Source of the DNA: Octopus sinensis
Taxonomy: Eukaryota
Length of the DNA stretch: 64,000 nucleotides
Assembly: GCF_006345805.1 (NCBI RefSeq)
Contig: NC_042998.1
Location: 134,726,001 to 134,790,000 of the forward strand
Reading direction: 5' to 3'
Shown here one piece after another: positions 12,511 through 24,800 of this stretch (the stretch's first letter is position 1; every line of letters starts with the position of its first letter). The notes beneath the pieces were generated by a model. That model worked only from the letters and a program-made list of their open reading frames with translations. It was not told where the DNA came from and made no database searches. A program made the translations under genes and the position numbers.

Positions 12511-15456
12511 TCACTTGTCCTGCCTGGTCTTCTCACGTACAGCATATTTCCAAAGGTCTCGGTCGCTGGTCATTTCCTCAGTGAGGCCTAAAGTTCGAAG
12601 GTCGTGCTTCACCACCTCGTCCCAGGTTTTCCTGGGTCTACCTCTTCCACGGGTTCCCTCAACTGCTAAGGATTGGCACTTTCTCACACACCTATCTTCA
12701 TCCATTCTCGCCACATGACCATACCAGCGCAATCGTCTCTCTTGCACACCACAACTGATGCCTCTTAGGTACAACATTTCTCTCAAGGTGCTAACGCTCT
12801 GTCGAGTATGTACACTGACATTACACATCCATCGGAGCATACTGGCTTCATTCCTCACGAGCTTACGCATGTCCTCGGCAGTCACGGCCCATGTTTCACT
12901 GCCATGTAGCATGGCTGTTCGTACACACGCATCATACAGTCTGCCTTTTACTCTGAGCGAGAGGCCTTTAGTCACCAGCAGAGGTAAGAGCTCCCTAAAC
13001 TTTTCCCAGGCTATTCTTATTCTAGCAGTTACACTTTCAGCGCACCCACCCCCACTACTGACTTGGTCACCTAGATAACGGAAGCTATCAACTACTTCTA
13101 GTTTTTCCCCTTGGAAAGTGACTGAAGTTATTTTCTGCAGATTTTCGGAGGTTAATGCTCCTGAGCATCTGCCACATACAAAAACTATCTTCCCAGTTAG
13201 CCTACCTTTGACATTGCTGCACCTCTTATGTGTCCATAGCTTACACTGGGTACATCTTATAGAGTTTCTACCTACACCTTTTCTACAGATCGAGCAGGGC
13301 CATCTTCCTGAAGACATTTGTGGATTGTCTACCTTCCTACTTATTAGTACTTTGGTTTTAGCTAGGTTGACTCTAAGGCCCCTCGATTCTAAACCCTCCT
13401 TCCACACCTGGAACTTCTCCTCCAGCTCTGATAGTGACTCAGCAATAAGAGCAAGGTCGTCAGCGTAGAGGAGCTCCCAGGGACAACCTGTCTTGAATTC
13501 CTCCGTAATTGCCTGTAGGACTATGATAAATAGGAGGGGGCTGAGTACTGAACCCTGGTGGACCCCAACCTCTACTTTGAATTCTTCTGTGTACATGTTG
13601 CTAACCCTAACCTTACTTACGGCATCTCTGTACATGGCTTGCACAGTCCTCACCAGCCATTCATCTATCCCTAGTTTCCTCATTGACCACCAGATAAGGG
13701 ATCGGGGGACCCTATCAAAAGCTTTCTCCATGTCAACAAAAGCCAGGTACAGGGGCTTATCTTTGGCTAGGTATTTCTCCTGCAGCTGCCTTACCAGGAA
13801 TATAGCATCCGTGGTACTTTTCTCTTGCACGAACCCAAACTGCATCTCATCTAAACTAACTCTCTCTCTAATTAGTTGGGCTATGACCCTCTCCGTAACC
13901 TTCATTACTTGATCCAACAGCTTGATACCTCTGTAATTATTTGTATCTAGGGCATCACCTTTACCTTTGTAGCAGTTGACTAGTATGCTGCTACACCAGT
14001 CATTGGGTATGACTCGTTCGTGTATCACCTGGTTGACTATACGGGTGACTAGGTTATAGCCGACACTGCCAGATATTTTGAGCATCTCTGCAGTAATTCC
14101 TGATGGGCCTGGGGCTTTCCCTGTCTTCATGCTTCTAATTGCCTTAGCTACCACGGAACTATCAACTCGGATAGCTGGTCCCTCTGTTGGGTCAACATTC
14201 GGCAGACTCTCTTTATCCCATTCATTTTCTTTATTCAGCAACCGTTCATAGTGGCATCTCCAAACCTCTCTCTTTGCATCCTCATTTAGCGCAAGTGAAC
14301 CATCATCCATGCAAACACACTTCTCTCCTACCACATCACGATTCTCTCTCACACACTGTCTTGCAACACGAAATACCTCAAGTCTTTCATCCTCACGGCT
14401 CAGAACATTGGCAAATTTTTTCTTATCCGCTTCCCCTCTGGCTAAATAAACCTGTCTCCTAGCTTCCCTTCTGGCTGTCTGATACAATTCCCTGCTACCA
14501 CCGTTCCTCCAGTCCTTCCAAGCCTGTCTCTTTTGTCTAATAGCCCTGTCAACCACAGAGTTCCACCACCATGTTACTCTGGGTCGAGATGGTACTTTGC
14601 TCCATCCACAGATCTGGTCAGTGGCTGTCAGCAGATTGTCCCGTAGAAATCTCCAGTTGCCTTCCACATTAAGTGAAGCTATATTCCCTTCTATTTCGTC
14701 AAAGGCTTCGAGTAGTATGTCTCTAAATCTCTGTCCATTTGCAGGATCTTTAAGCTTCCAGACCCTTCTCCTCCAAGCAGGTCTTCTTCTGGGCAACCAT
14801 TTAGCTCTGATCCTGAAGTCGCTAACTACTAATCTATGTTGAGGAGTACATTCTTCACCTGGAAAGGTTTCGGCATTTATAAGCAGCCCTCTTTCCCTTT
14901 TTCTGGCAAGGATGTAGTCAATCTGGCTGGTGTGTCTGCCAGAACGGTAGGTGACTAGGTGAGAGGTGGGTTTCCTGAAGTTGGTATTGCAGACCATAAG
15001 GTCATTTGCATCGCAGAACTCCAGCAGCCTGGTTCCCTCCTCATTTCGAGAGCCAAAACCGTAGCCTCCATGGACGCCATGGAAGCCCCCGACATGCCGT
15101 CCGACATGTCCATTGAAATCACCTGCCACGAAGAGAAGGTCACTGTCATTTGTCAATGAGGTAGTCCGCAATAGGGTGTCATAGAATTGGTCTTTTTGTC
15201 CTTCTGGTAGTCCTGGTTGAGGGGCATATGCCGAGATGATGGTAGCTGTCCTGTGGTGAAGGACTAATCTAATTTTAATTACTCTGTCACTTACTCTGAC
15301 TACCTCGATTACCTTACCCACCCATTTCTCTGCAAGAAGTATACCCACGCCCCCGACCCCGTCAGTGTTCCCTGCCCAGAAAATCTTGTACCTGTGTTCC
15401 TTGCCTGAGAGGAGCCTAGCAGAACCTCCTCTCCACCTTACTTCCTGGATACAACA
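12511..15456 (-). CDS. RTE ORF2: AP endonuclease, reverse transcriptase and a PHD-like finger
   Basis: APE motifs CIQEVRW, GDFNGHVG, SQIDY, HRLV. RT motifs FVDMEKAFDRV, GVHQGSVLSP, YADD. The frame is open upstream of the tracked start at 15348. Confidence 0.92.
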   Translation of the reverse strand, partial: CCIQEVRWRGGSARLLSGKEHRYKIFWAGNTDGVGGVGILLAEKWVGKVIEVVRVSDRVIKIRLVLHHRTATIISAYAPQPGLPEGQKDQFYDTLLRTTSLTNDSDLLFVAGDFNGHVGRHVGGFHGVHGGYGFGSRNEEGTRLLEFCDANDLMVCNTNFRKPTSHLVTYRSGRHTSQIDYILARKRERGLLINAETFPGEECTPQHRLVVSDFRIRAKWLPRRRPAWRRRVWKLKDPANGQRFRDILLEAFDEIEGNIASLNVEGNWRFLRDNLLTATDQICGWSKVPSRPRVTWWWNSVVDRAIRQKRQAWKDWRNGGSRELYQTARREARRQVYLARGEADKKKFANVLSREDERLEVFRVARQCVRENRDVVGEKCVCMDDGSLALNEDAKREVWRCHYERLLNKENEWDKESLPNVDPTEGPAIRVDSSVVAKAIRSMKTGKAPGPSGITAEMLKISGSVGYNLVTRIVNQVIHERVIPNDWCSSILVNCYKGKGDALDTNNYRGIKLLDQVMKVTERVIAQLIRERVSLDEMQFGFVQEKSTTDAIFLVRQLQEKYLAKDKPLYLAFVDMEKAFDRVPRSLIWWSMRKLGIDEWLVRTVQAMYRDAVSKVRVSNMYTEEFKVEVGVHQGSVLSPLLFIIVLQAITEEFKTGCPWELLYADDLALIAESLSELEEKFQVWKEGLESRGLRVNLAKTKVLISRKVDNPQMSSGRWPCSICRKGVGRNSIRCTQCKLWTHKRCSNVKGRLTGKIVFVCGRCSGALTSENLQKITSVTFQGEKLEVVDSFRYLGDQVSSGGGCAESVTARIRIAWEKFRELLPLLVTKGLSLRVKGRLYDACVRTAMLHGSETWAVTAEDMRKLVRNEASMLRWMCNVSVHTRQSVSTLREMLYLRGISCGVQERRLRWYGHVARMDEDRCVRKCQSLAVEGTRGRGRPRKTWDEVVKHDLRTLGLTEEMTSDRDLWKYAVREKTRQDK

Positions 15457-17079
15457 TTCAGCCTGACCTAATTTAATTAGAAAGAAATATAAATATGAAA
15501 ACCAAAATTGGTTCTGCCTCTTTGGTCACTTAGCGCTGAGCCGAAGAGCAACTATTTCTCTTCCTTCACTTATAGATTGTCATCGCACAACAATACAATT
15601 TTCATCCTATCTACTCGTCAACCCAGAGAAGTAGATTCTTTTAACTCTTTCCTCTCCTTTTTCCATTCGTCTTCTAGCAAGTCAGCAAAAGATGATGTTA
15701 ACTACGTACAGACTGGATATCAATACTGCAAATAATCACTGTACTACAACTCATAGAAGTTGAACAACGAAAATAAAAAGCCACATTATCGACTAATATT
15801 TTTCTCCCTTTCATTTATTTGTCACATATAAATCATTACATATATCAGCCTTCATCACCACCTTTATCATCAGCACCAACACAACTAGCATCAAAACCAA
15901 AACCAATACAGCCACCGCTATTACCAACACATTCCTTAATGACCTACAAGAACAGTAACAACTGTATAAACATGATAGACAACCCAATTTCAAATTTAAA
16001 GAAACAATCACATCAAATAATTTGGTACACTTTGTTTATTCAAAATGTTCTACGTGTTTTTATACAACATTATTTTTTATTGCTAATATTTTTTTAATGT
16101 TGCTTCTGATGAAATTCTTTTCAATTAAAGAAGTTTTTTTTTTCTTTGCTGGTGATTCACATGCTTTTAAAAGGAAAATATATTTTTCTTCCTTGAAATA
16201 GAAAGTAAGATATTCGCTTCACAACTGTGTGGTTCTGAGCTTATCCTCAGTGTGCAGCACATTGGTTCATTATCTTCTTTTTTAGCCCCCCAAGCCAGCC
16301 AACCTTGTACTTATTCCATCGATTTCTTTGCCGAACTGCTAAGTTTGGCAAAGGAGACCGGTGATGGTGAGGGAACAAACACAAACACAAAGACATTTGC
16401 CCAGGGTGCCATGCAGTGGGATTGAACCCGGGACCATGTGGTTGTGAAGTAAGCTTCTTACCACACTGCCATGCCTGTATGTAAACAGACACACACACAT
16501 ACACACACACATATATATATAAAGAGAAAAATATGAAAAAACACAGAAGATTTATTTTACAGGATTAAGGAGTATATTAGTGCCATGATAATAAAGTTAT
16601 TATACAATTGTGTACAAAATAAGATTTTGTTCTTTCAAAATAATTAAAGTATGAACCTGTTTCGCATTGCTCGTCAAGCTATGGGTTATAAAAATATACA
16701 TATTGCTTATATTATATATGTTGTTCTGGGTGTAGACATGTATAAATTTATATGTATACAGAGATATTTTAAGAGTGTCCTGTATATCTAATTTTCTAAT
16801 CTGGCAATCCTAGATTAAACCCCTCAAAGCGATGCCCCAGCATGGCCGCAATTCAATGATGTCTATGTTAGTTGCACGCTAAAATAAGAAACTACCAATG
16901 GACTTTCTTTAACCGGAAGTTTTGTTCTGCTAAAGATTCATTCTGAACAGCACTATACAGATTTATTACTTGTTAGAAGAGATTGAGAGAAGAGTGAAGT
17001 AAAAATAAATTGCTGAAAGTGAATTGGAAGTCGCTAACAGTGGACTTCTTCTTAAGTTCCTTATCTAAAATTGGTAAAA

Positions 17080-17125
<46 letters not shown>

Positions 17126-17144
17126 ATACATATGTATACATCAG

Positions 17145-17518
17145 AATCAAAATCAAAATCAAAATCAAAATCAATCAACATCAATGGAAATTGTAACTGT
17201 GATACCAGTGCCGAGGGCACGTAAGAGAACCATCCAAACGTGGCCGTTGCCAGCCTCGCCTGGCCTCCGTGCCGGTGGCACGTAAAAAGCACCATCCGAT
17301 CATGACCGTTTGCCAGCCTCGTCTGGCACCTGTGTCGGTGGCTCGTAAAAAGCACCCACTACACTCACGGAGTGGTTGGCGTTAGGAAGGGCATCCAGTC
17401 GTAGAAACATTGCCAGATCAGACTGGGCCTGGTGCAGCCTTCTGGCCTCCCAGACCCCAGTTGAACCGTCCAACCCATGCCAGCATGGAAAGCGGACGCT
17501 AAACGATGATGATGATGA
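17145..17518 (+). mobile_element. Non-autonomous repeat or short copy sharing the RTE 3' tail
   Basis: GGCACGTAAAAAGCACC modules and ...GGCGTTAGGAAGGGCATCC...(GAT)n, matching 11458-11690 reversed. Confidence 0.8.
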
Positions 17519-20034
17519 TATATATATATATATGTAATATAATATAATAGCTACTGCAGTTTGTTTGACTGGGGAATTTTGCTTTTTCTCAATTCACGAC
17601 CAGAGACACCAACAGATATTCAAGCAACTGTTATTAGACCAGTGTTTCCCAAATGGTACACTGCACCACACTGGTGAATAGCAGGGAATATATAAGTGCA
17701 CAGAAGGTTTTGTTTCTTTTTTGATTTAATTTAAGGCACAGGCATTGCTGTATAGTTAAGGAGTTCATTCCCCTACCGTGTGGTTTTAGGTTCAGTCCCA
17801 CTGTGTAGAATTTTGGCTTCATCTTGTGAGTGGATATGACAGACGGAAACTTAAAGGAGCCTGTCTGTGTTCAGGTGCAGGCCTGGCTGTGGGGTTAAGA
17901 AACCTGCTTTGCAACCATGTAGTTTCAGATCCAGTCTTACAGCATGGCACACCTTGGGTAAGTGTCTCCTACTAAAACTCCAGGCCAACCAATGATTGTG
18001 TGGTAGCCTGTCACATATGTGTGTGTGTGTGCATGTGAGTGTGTGTGCGTGTGTGTGTGTGTGTGTGTGGTGTGTGTGTGCGTGTGTGTGTGTGTGTGGT
18101 GTGTGTGTGTTGTGTGTGTGTGTGTGTGTGGTGTGTGTGTGTGTGTGTGCGTGCGCGCGCATGTGATTTTGTCCCATTAGCACCACTGCTTGACAAATGA
18201 TGTTGGTTTCCTTACATCTTCTTAAATTAGCAGTTCAGCAAAAAAAAAAAGGCTGATAGAATAAGTACCAGACTTAAAAACAGGTACTGGGGGTTGATTT
18301 GTTTCATTATAACCCTTTAAGGCAATACCCCAGCATGGCAGCAGTGAAACAAGTAAAAAAAAAGTATTTTGCATGTATGTGTTTTCCTGTATTAACATTG
18401 TGTGATGATCATAAATGAGTGTCACCATCATACAAATGGTGTTGCTTGCTTTTCAGTCTTCTGTGAATACATGTCCAGTCACTGAGAAAGATTACCTTGC
18501 TTGGAAGCAAATGAAGGTTGGTAAAAAGAAGAACATCCACTTACAGGAAATCTACTTCAATAAATTCCATTTGATCCATGTGTGCATGGAAACATGGACA
18601 TTGGAACAATGACGATGAATTTAAGGCTTTTCAATAAACCGAAGGTATCTTGAAAAACCAAGTTATTCATATTTTCGTTCAGCTCTTCACTTATTTACTT
18701 CTTTAGTCTTTGGACTGCAGCCTTGCCCAGACACCACCTTCAAGAGTTTAGTCAATCAAATTGAACCCAATGCTTATTTTTTGAAATCTGATAGTATTGG
18801 TCTCTTTTTAACAAACCATTAATTTTAGGAGGATGTACACAAACCTAATGTCAAGAGAAGATAGAAAAATACAAACATGCACATACATACCTATATATAC
18901 TGGCACAAAAATATGTGCATGTGTGTGTGAGTGTGTGTGATGGCCTCCGCAGAGTTTCTCTCTACTAAATTCAGTCACAAGTCATCAGTTGGCCTGAGTT
19001 TATAGAGGACACTATTTCTGAACTTCTTAACCACACAACCATGCTTATACCTATATAACAGTAACATTAACATTACACAGTAAACAGTAGTTTATACTTT
19101 TTCATAAATATTTAACTTTTCATACAAAGTGTATAAGTCAATTTTAACTTTCATGTAAAGTGCACAATTCTTTTTGTGTGTGCTCTGTATGCACCACAAC
19201 TTCAAAACATATTCAGAACTACTGAGCTCTGTCATCAAATATCATTATGCTGTTAAATAATAACAAGAACCAACACTTGTTCAACTTTGTTTTATCCTTG
19301 AACCACAACAGCTCATGTTTTTGCAAGGAGAAATTGTTACATTCTTTTCTGTAGATGCAGTATTATTTTCTGAATATGTAAAGGACTTTACAGGCTTTAA
19401 AGGGTCTTGTTTGATTGTGTTTATTGAGGTCTCCTTATTTAAAGGAGATATATTCAGTTTTTAAGGCATTAACATTGTGGCCATTTTCATCATTTTAGTG
19501 TCTAGCTTTCCAGTCTATTTCCATGGGTTAGATGTGAACTGTTGAAGGAGAATTTCAACAATCAGATTTCCTTCCTGTCAGTAGTCCTCAACTGTTTCCA
19601 AGCAAGATAACATTTACCCTTGTCTGGACATGTTTTCATAGAAGGTAGCAAACAAACATCACAATGTGTATGATGGTAAAACCTGTTAACAATAAGCTCA
19701 TGATGTGAACAAACCCAATATCTTCTGTAACTTTTTCAAGCTCATGCAACAAAGCCATAGCTTTTGAGCAGGTGTCTGTGAGGAGCAGCATCACAGACAT
19801 GTCTTTTATTGTTGTGGCTGTGTGACTAGTGGAAATGGATTTTGTACAGTGAAACAGAATTCTTTAATTTTGATAATTGAAGTGTGAAGAACATAATCTA
19901 GGCAAATGATAAATAGGAATGGTGTAAGCATATCACCTTACAAGATGCTTGCACTAATATGGAAGGAATCAGTATTTCCATTAGTTGATCCTACTTTAGT
20001 TTGTGTATTCTTGTAGAGTATCATTACTACTACT

Positions 20035-20600
20035 GCTGCTGCTGCTGCTTGTTATTGTTGTTGTTTAGCAACTACCGGCTGGATAGTTAGTGTTGCTCCT
20101 CAATCACCACCTGTCTCTCTGCCATCCCCAGCCATCTCTTCCACACCTTGAGTGCCAGTCTGGGCTCCCTCACAATCGCCTCGGGGTCCATCAGGTGACT
20201 GCGGAGCGACGGATGGATAGCTGGGCACTCCAACATCATGTGTTCTCCCATTTCTTCACCCAGTTTGCAAATGTGGCAAATAGATTCCCCAATTCTTCCA
20301 ATCTTATGCTGCCAGCTTCTCAAATTCGGATGATGGTCGCTTCGCAATCTACTAAGCATTACTTGTTCTTGTCAAGTCAACTGTCATTTCTTGATGCAAT
20401 TGGGCTTTTCTCCTCTTTCATTCGAGGGCTTCTTATCGATAGTTTGATAGCCGCCTTTGCTGCTGCATAATGCCAATCTATCCCCTTTTGATCCCTCTTT
20501 CGTTTTCTCATCATTCCCTATGATCATGCGATGACTAGGGGGCACCACGTGAACGTCAGGTCGCATTCTTGTTGATGAAGAGTGTGGAGTAACTCAACAG
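20035..20600 (-). mobile_element. I-group-like LINE 3' fragment (RNase H end and CCHC knuckle)
   Basis: LSRLRSDH...CHICKLGEEMGEHMMLECP and VPPSH...GND, with a (CAA)n-like tail. Confidence 0.7.
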
Positions 20601-20628
20601 CTTCTTTTTCAGGGACTGGAGGGGTTCA

Positions 20629-20777
20629 AGGCGGTGCTCCTGCATGGCTGCAGTCAAATGACTGAAACGAATATGAATTGGACCAAATTCTTTTCACATA
20701 TGGTGCACTTTAAGTAGTAGTAGTAGTTGTAGCAGCAGCAGCATTATTTATACCGGATAATAATGCTGCTGCTGCTG

Positions 20778-20832
<55 letters not shown>

Positions 20833-20960
20833 CACCACTACTACTACTATTTCTCAAAGTGCACCATATGTGAAAAGAATTTGGTCCAATTCATATATAC
20901 ATTCTTTTAATCTTTTACTTGTTTCAGTCATTTGACTGCGGACATGCAGGAGCACCGCCT
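20629..20960. repeat. Imperfect palindrome built from a SINE end and mirrored microsatellites
   Basis: Perfect 41-bp arms at 20671-20711 and 20856-20896. Outer arms 20629-20668 and 20921-20960. Inner (TAG)/(CAG) tracts mirror (CTG)/(CTA) tracts. Confidence 0.85.
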
Positions 20961-21260
20961 TTAGTCGAGCAAACTGACCCAGGACTTATTCTTTTTAAGC
21001 CTTGTACTTATTCTATTGGTCACTTTTGCCGAACCGTTAAGTTACGGGTAAGCACACCAGCATCGGTTATCAAGCGATGTTGGGGGTACAAACACAGACA
21101 CACAAATACATACATATATATGACGGGCTTCTTTCCATTTCCATCTACCAAATCCACTCACAAGCCTTTGATTGGCCCGGGGCTATAGTAGAAGTGGGAC
21201 TGAACCCGGGACCATGTGGCTGGTAAGCAAGCTACTTACCACACAGCCGCTCCTGCGCCT
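20913..21260 (-). mobile_element. tRNA-derived SINE (related copies about 33965-34360 and 50750-51135, older ones near 59940-60210 and 62010-62220)
   Basis: Head GGCGCAGGAG(T/C)GGCTGTGTGGTAAG...GGTTCAGTCCC on the minus strand, with a shared body. Confidence 0.8.
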
Positions 21261-21436
21261 AAAAATAATTGTTTCACCCCTAGGGAGACATGAACCCAGA
21301 TAACTCTGTTAAGATTCGGTCATAAAAGCCTGGTGCTCTACCAAGCATATTTTAGTAATAATAAAGAGTAAAATCAATAACGATTTTACCTGATAGCCAG
21401 TGCGGAAAATAAAAACCTTTTAGGCAAATTTTACAA

Positions 21437-21763
21437 ATTATTTTATAATTATATACATAATTATAACAAGGGGTCAGCTTAATGCATCACCACGCGCTGC
21501 TAGAAATAGACGTTAAAGTCTTTTTTACTACCTTAAAATCTCCGAGAATAACACACTTATTGTGGGCAAGTAAAAGAAAGATAATGAATCGAACTTGGTT
21601 AACGAAGTTCAATTCATTATCTTTCTTTTACTTACCCACAATAAGTGTGCTATTCTCGGAGATTGTAAGGTAGTAAAAAGACTTTAACGTCTATTTCTAG
21701 CAGTGCGTGGTGATGCATTAAGCTGAACCCTTGTTATAATTATGTATATAATTATAAAATAAT
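21437..21763. repeat. 327-bp near-perfect fold-back palindrome
   Basis: Arms of about 155 bp with about 6-7 mismatches, centred on GTTAAC near 21600. Confidence 0.9.
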
Positions 21764-21764
21764 A

Positions 21765-22384
21765 TGGATCTTTTCCTTTTGAACGGCAGATGTCAACACA
21801 ATTTCTAGTTAACTAAACACTTTTAAACTTCGTATACTGGTAGAATGTGTTTATAAAACATCATTTTCTCTTGGTTTTATTGAGAAAATTCTGTAGTTTG
21901 TAAGATATTTCATCTGAAAATCATCCGAGCATTTCGGTAATTTTAACCAATCAATTACCTCCATTCAACTAAAATCATTTGCTGTGTCTAAAACTGAGAT
22001 AACATCCTGTAACTAACCCTAAACCTCCCCCCTAACCCTAAATTTTTTTTCTTAACTGTTAAATTAATTTAATTCCATTGCTTTAGTTTTTTTACATGCG
22101 TAACAATTAAATTAATTTAACAATTAAGAAAAAAAAATTTAGGGTTAGGGTTAGGGTTAGAGGGGAGTTTTAGGGTTAGTTACAGGATGTTGTCTCAGTT
22201 TTAGACGCAGCAAATGATTTTAGCTCAAAAGAGAGCATAGGATTGGTTAAACAAACAAATTACAATTTTCTCAAGAAAGCCAAGTGAAAAAATTTTTTTT
22301 ATTTTGACGCATTCTACCAGTATACGAAGTTTTAAAGTGTTTAGTTAACTAGAAATTGTCTGCCGTTCAAAAGGAAAAGATCCA
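21765..22384. mobile_element. TGGATC-family MITE with 6-bp TSD ATAATA, internally palindromic
   Basis: TIR TGGATCTTTTCCTTTTGAACGGCAG. ATAATA at 21759-21764 and 22385-22390. Internal CCCTAA and TTAGGG tracts. Confidence 0.88.
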
Positions 22385-23053
22385 ATAATATATATATATA
22401 TATATAATTAAAAATGCATATTTATGTAGTTAAAACAAATGGCTTCGCAACTACGTTGTTCTAGTTTCGATCCTACTGTGCATAGGACAAATTTCTTCTT
22501 TCGTAGCCTCGAATCGGGCACTGACTTGTGAATGGAATTTGGTAAACGGTGAAGTATGCACGTCTTTTGTAAAGAGTAACAACCCTTGCTGGTCCCCACT
22601 TATTGCCTACCACAAACTTCTTTTTAATTACATGCTTGAGAGTAAGAGGGGTGGGGAAACAGTAAAATATAGTAATAATCTGTGTACGTTTAGACGTTTA
22701 TCACTACCAACCTTGGCTGCTGCTGAAACGGAATTAACAGCGCGAGTTAACCGTCTACACGTAGTAAACTTAGGAAATGTCAAGAGATTAATCTTTTTCA
22801 CTTACACGTTTACTATTGCGGTTTTTCTACGGTGTAAACAATCTCTCATTCAGTTTGTGGGTTTCTCAGAGTCGGAGTAGTACATACCATCTGATCTTCC
22901 ATCATCAAGCGAATACTTACTTTCATCAAGTAAGTCCAGTTCTATATGCCAAAATCAAGGCTTCTAACAAGTGCCCAAATATACTTGAATGCGAATCCAT
23001 TTGTGCGTGCGTGTGTGTGAGTATTCTTGCTTGATGTAACACATGTATGTATG

Positions 23054-23101
<48 letters not shown>

Positions 23102-23132
23102 ATTATATATATATGTATGTATGTATGTATAC

Positions 23133-23200
<68 letters not shown>

Positions 23201-23233
23201 TGTATATATACATATACATATACATATATGTAT

Positions 23234-23265
<32 letters not shown>

Positions 23266-23300
23266 CATATATGTATATGTATATATACATGTGTGTGTGA

Positions 23301-23415
23301 GGCGCAATGGCCCAGTGGTTAGGACAGCGGACTCGCGGTCGTAGGATCGCGTTTTCGATTCCCAGACCGGGCGTTGTGAGTGCTTATTGAGTGAAAACAC
23401 CTAAAAGCTCCACGA
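23301..23415 (+). mobile_element. tRNA-derived SINE head
   Basis: A box TGGCCCAGTGG and B-like TTTCGATTCC, continuing into a non-tRNA body. Confidence 0.7.
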
Positions 23416-23844
23416 AACTGTCCTGCACGCAATCTTTCAGTATTTGTGCATTAGCGACATATGAGTTTGTGTCGAGCAGTTGTTGTTTCGGTTTTCTGCC
23501 GAGAGTGTTGTGAAGATCGACGCACCACCATTCTTTGGTAGAGAAGGAAGTGGTAAATCTTTCTGTACTTAGTGAGGCTGTGTGATGGGCCCATCCGAAA
23601 AGCTTGAAGACAGGCACTTTCTTGAGGTGAAGCTCTCATCATTTGGAAAGGAAGGTGCATGTCGGAAGGTGAGTGAGAGAGGGAAGACAAGTGAGGCTGA
23701 ATGAGCCTACTTTGAATATGCTTTTCAAAATAAGAGAAGAGAAAATAGAAAAGAACATGCCCAGTGCCTTGGAGACGTGAGAATAATCCGAGACTTTCAT
23801 GCGTGGGGTTTCCCCCGAATTACCTTGGACGGACTACTATTAGA

Positions 23845-24140
23845 GTGCTGGCAGAATCGTTAGCACGCCCAGCGAAATGCTTAGCGGTATTTTGTCTGCC
23901 GTTACGTTCTGAGTTCAAATTCCGCCGAGGTCGACTTTCGGGGTCGATTAAATAAGTACCAATTACGCACTGGGGTCGATATAATTGACTTAATCCGTTT
24001 GGCTGTCCTTGTTTGTCCTCTCTGTGTTTAGCCCCTTGTGGGTAGTAAAGAAATAGGTATTTCTGCGGCTACGATCTGAGTTCAAATTCCGCCGAGGTCG
24101 ACGTTACTTTTCATCCTTTTGGGTTGATTAAATAAGTACA
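23845..24140 (+). mobile_element. tRNA-derived SINE with partial tandem duplication
   Basis: GGCAGAATCGTTAG...GAGTTCAAATTCCGCCGAGGTCGAC, same family as 35505-35950. Confidence 0.75.
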
Positions 24141-24800
24141 AGTTACGTACTGAGAAAAATGTATCAATCTCTATCTACACATTCAGATTCTGAATTCAAA
24201 CGTCATGCACAGTGTTTATAAGAGACCAGTAAAACGAGCCACGCGTAAAACGAGCCACGGCGTAAAACTGGATATGACGTGATAAATTAAACAATAAAGG
24301 ATTAAATAATAAAAATTAAATAATAAATGTAAAACTACATTACGCAGGATATTGCAATAGAGGACTAATTTTTTATTTTTATTTAGATTTTGAATGTTAT
24401 GCCATGTCACCCGTCGACAGCTTTTATTGTGAGGAGATATGAGTGTTTATAGTGGCTTTATAGCAGTTTTGACTGCTGTTTCTAGACATGTAAGGATTTT
24501 TACAACCCTCTCCGTCATAATTGTGATTTATTCGCAATTATTCACTCTTCGTTTATCAAAAAAAAAATTTTTGAAATATGTTCTCGCCACTAACATATTC
24601 GTAAACAATCTTGAATTGTTTACGATATATCCTTCGTAATGTATTTTTACATTCCTCTTTTATTATTTAATTCTTCTCTGATACTTCACGGTTTTGGGGT
24701 GTGGCTTGTTTTACTGATCTCTTCTTATAAACGCTGTACATGGCGTTTGAATTCAGAGTTAGAATGTGTAGATAGAGGTTGATACATTTTTCTTGCCAGT
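24140..24800. repeat. MITE-like inverted repeat plus a downstream direct repeat
   Basis: About 24140-24215 pairs with about 24720-24800. About 24388-24550 recurs at about 24945-25120. Confidence 0.55.

Larger units (their letters stand above)
11458..15457 (-). mobile_element. RTE-clade LINE, slightly 5'-truncated, young
   Basis: Uninterrupted ORF2, long 3'UTR, and (GAT)n tail seen as (CAT)n at 11458-11482. Confidence 0.93.

Noticed and set aside
11634-12591. 236-284 aa ORFs as real genes
   Set aside because: They arise from a stop-free 186-bp repeat in a LINE 3'UTR and show no recognisable domain.
15500-19900. A third gene between the HYKK copies
   Set aside because: Candidate exons inspected near 15550-15730 and 16880-17064 have stops or no recognisable homology. 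A small-exon gene cannot be fully excluded by eye.
22690-22790. Possible minus-strand non-coding first exon (AAG|GTTGGT), and a YY1-like GCCATCTT near 34613
   Set aside because: Short motifs with no linked downstream exons identified, so they cannot be supported without RNA data.
23301-23372. tRNA-like sequence
   Set aside because: No coherent acceptor or anticodon stems, and it continues into a SINE body. The same applies to the heads at 47862-48020.
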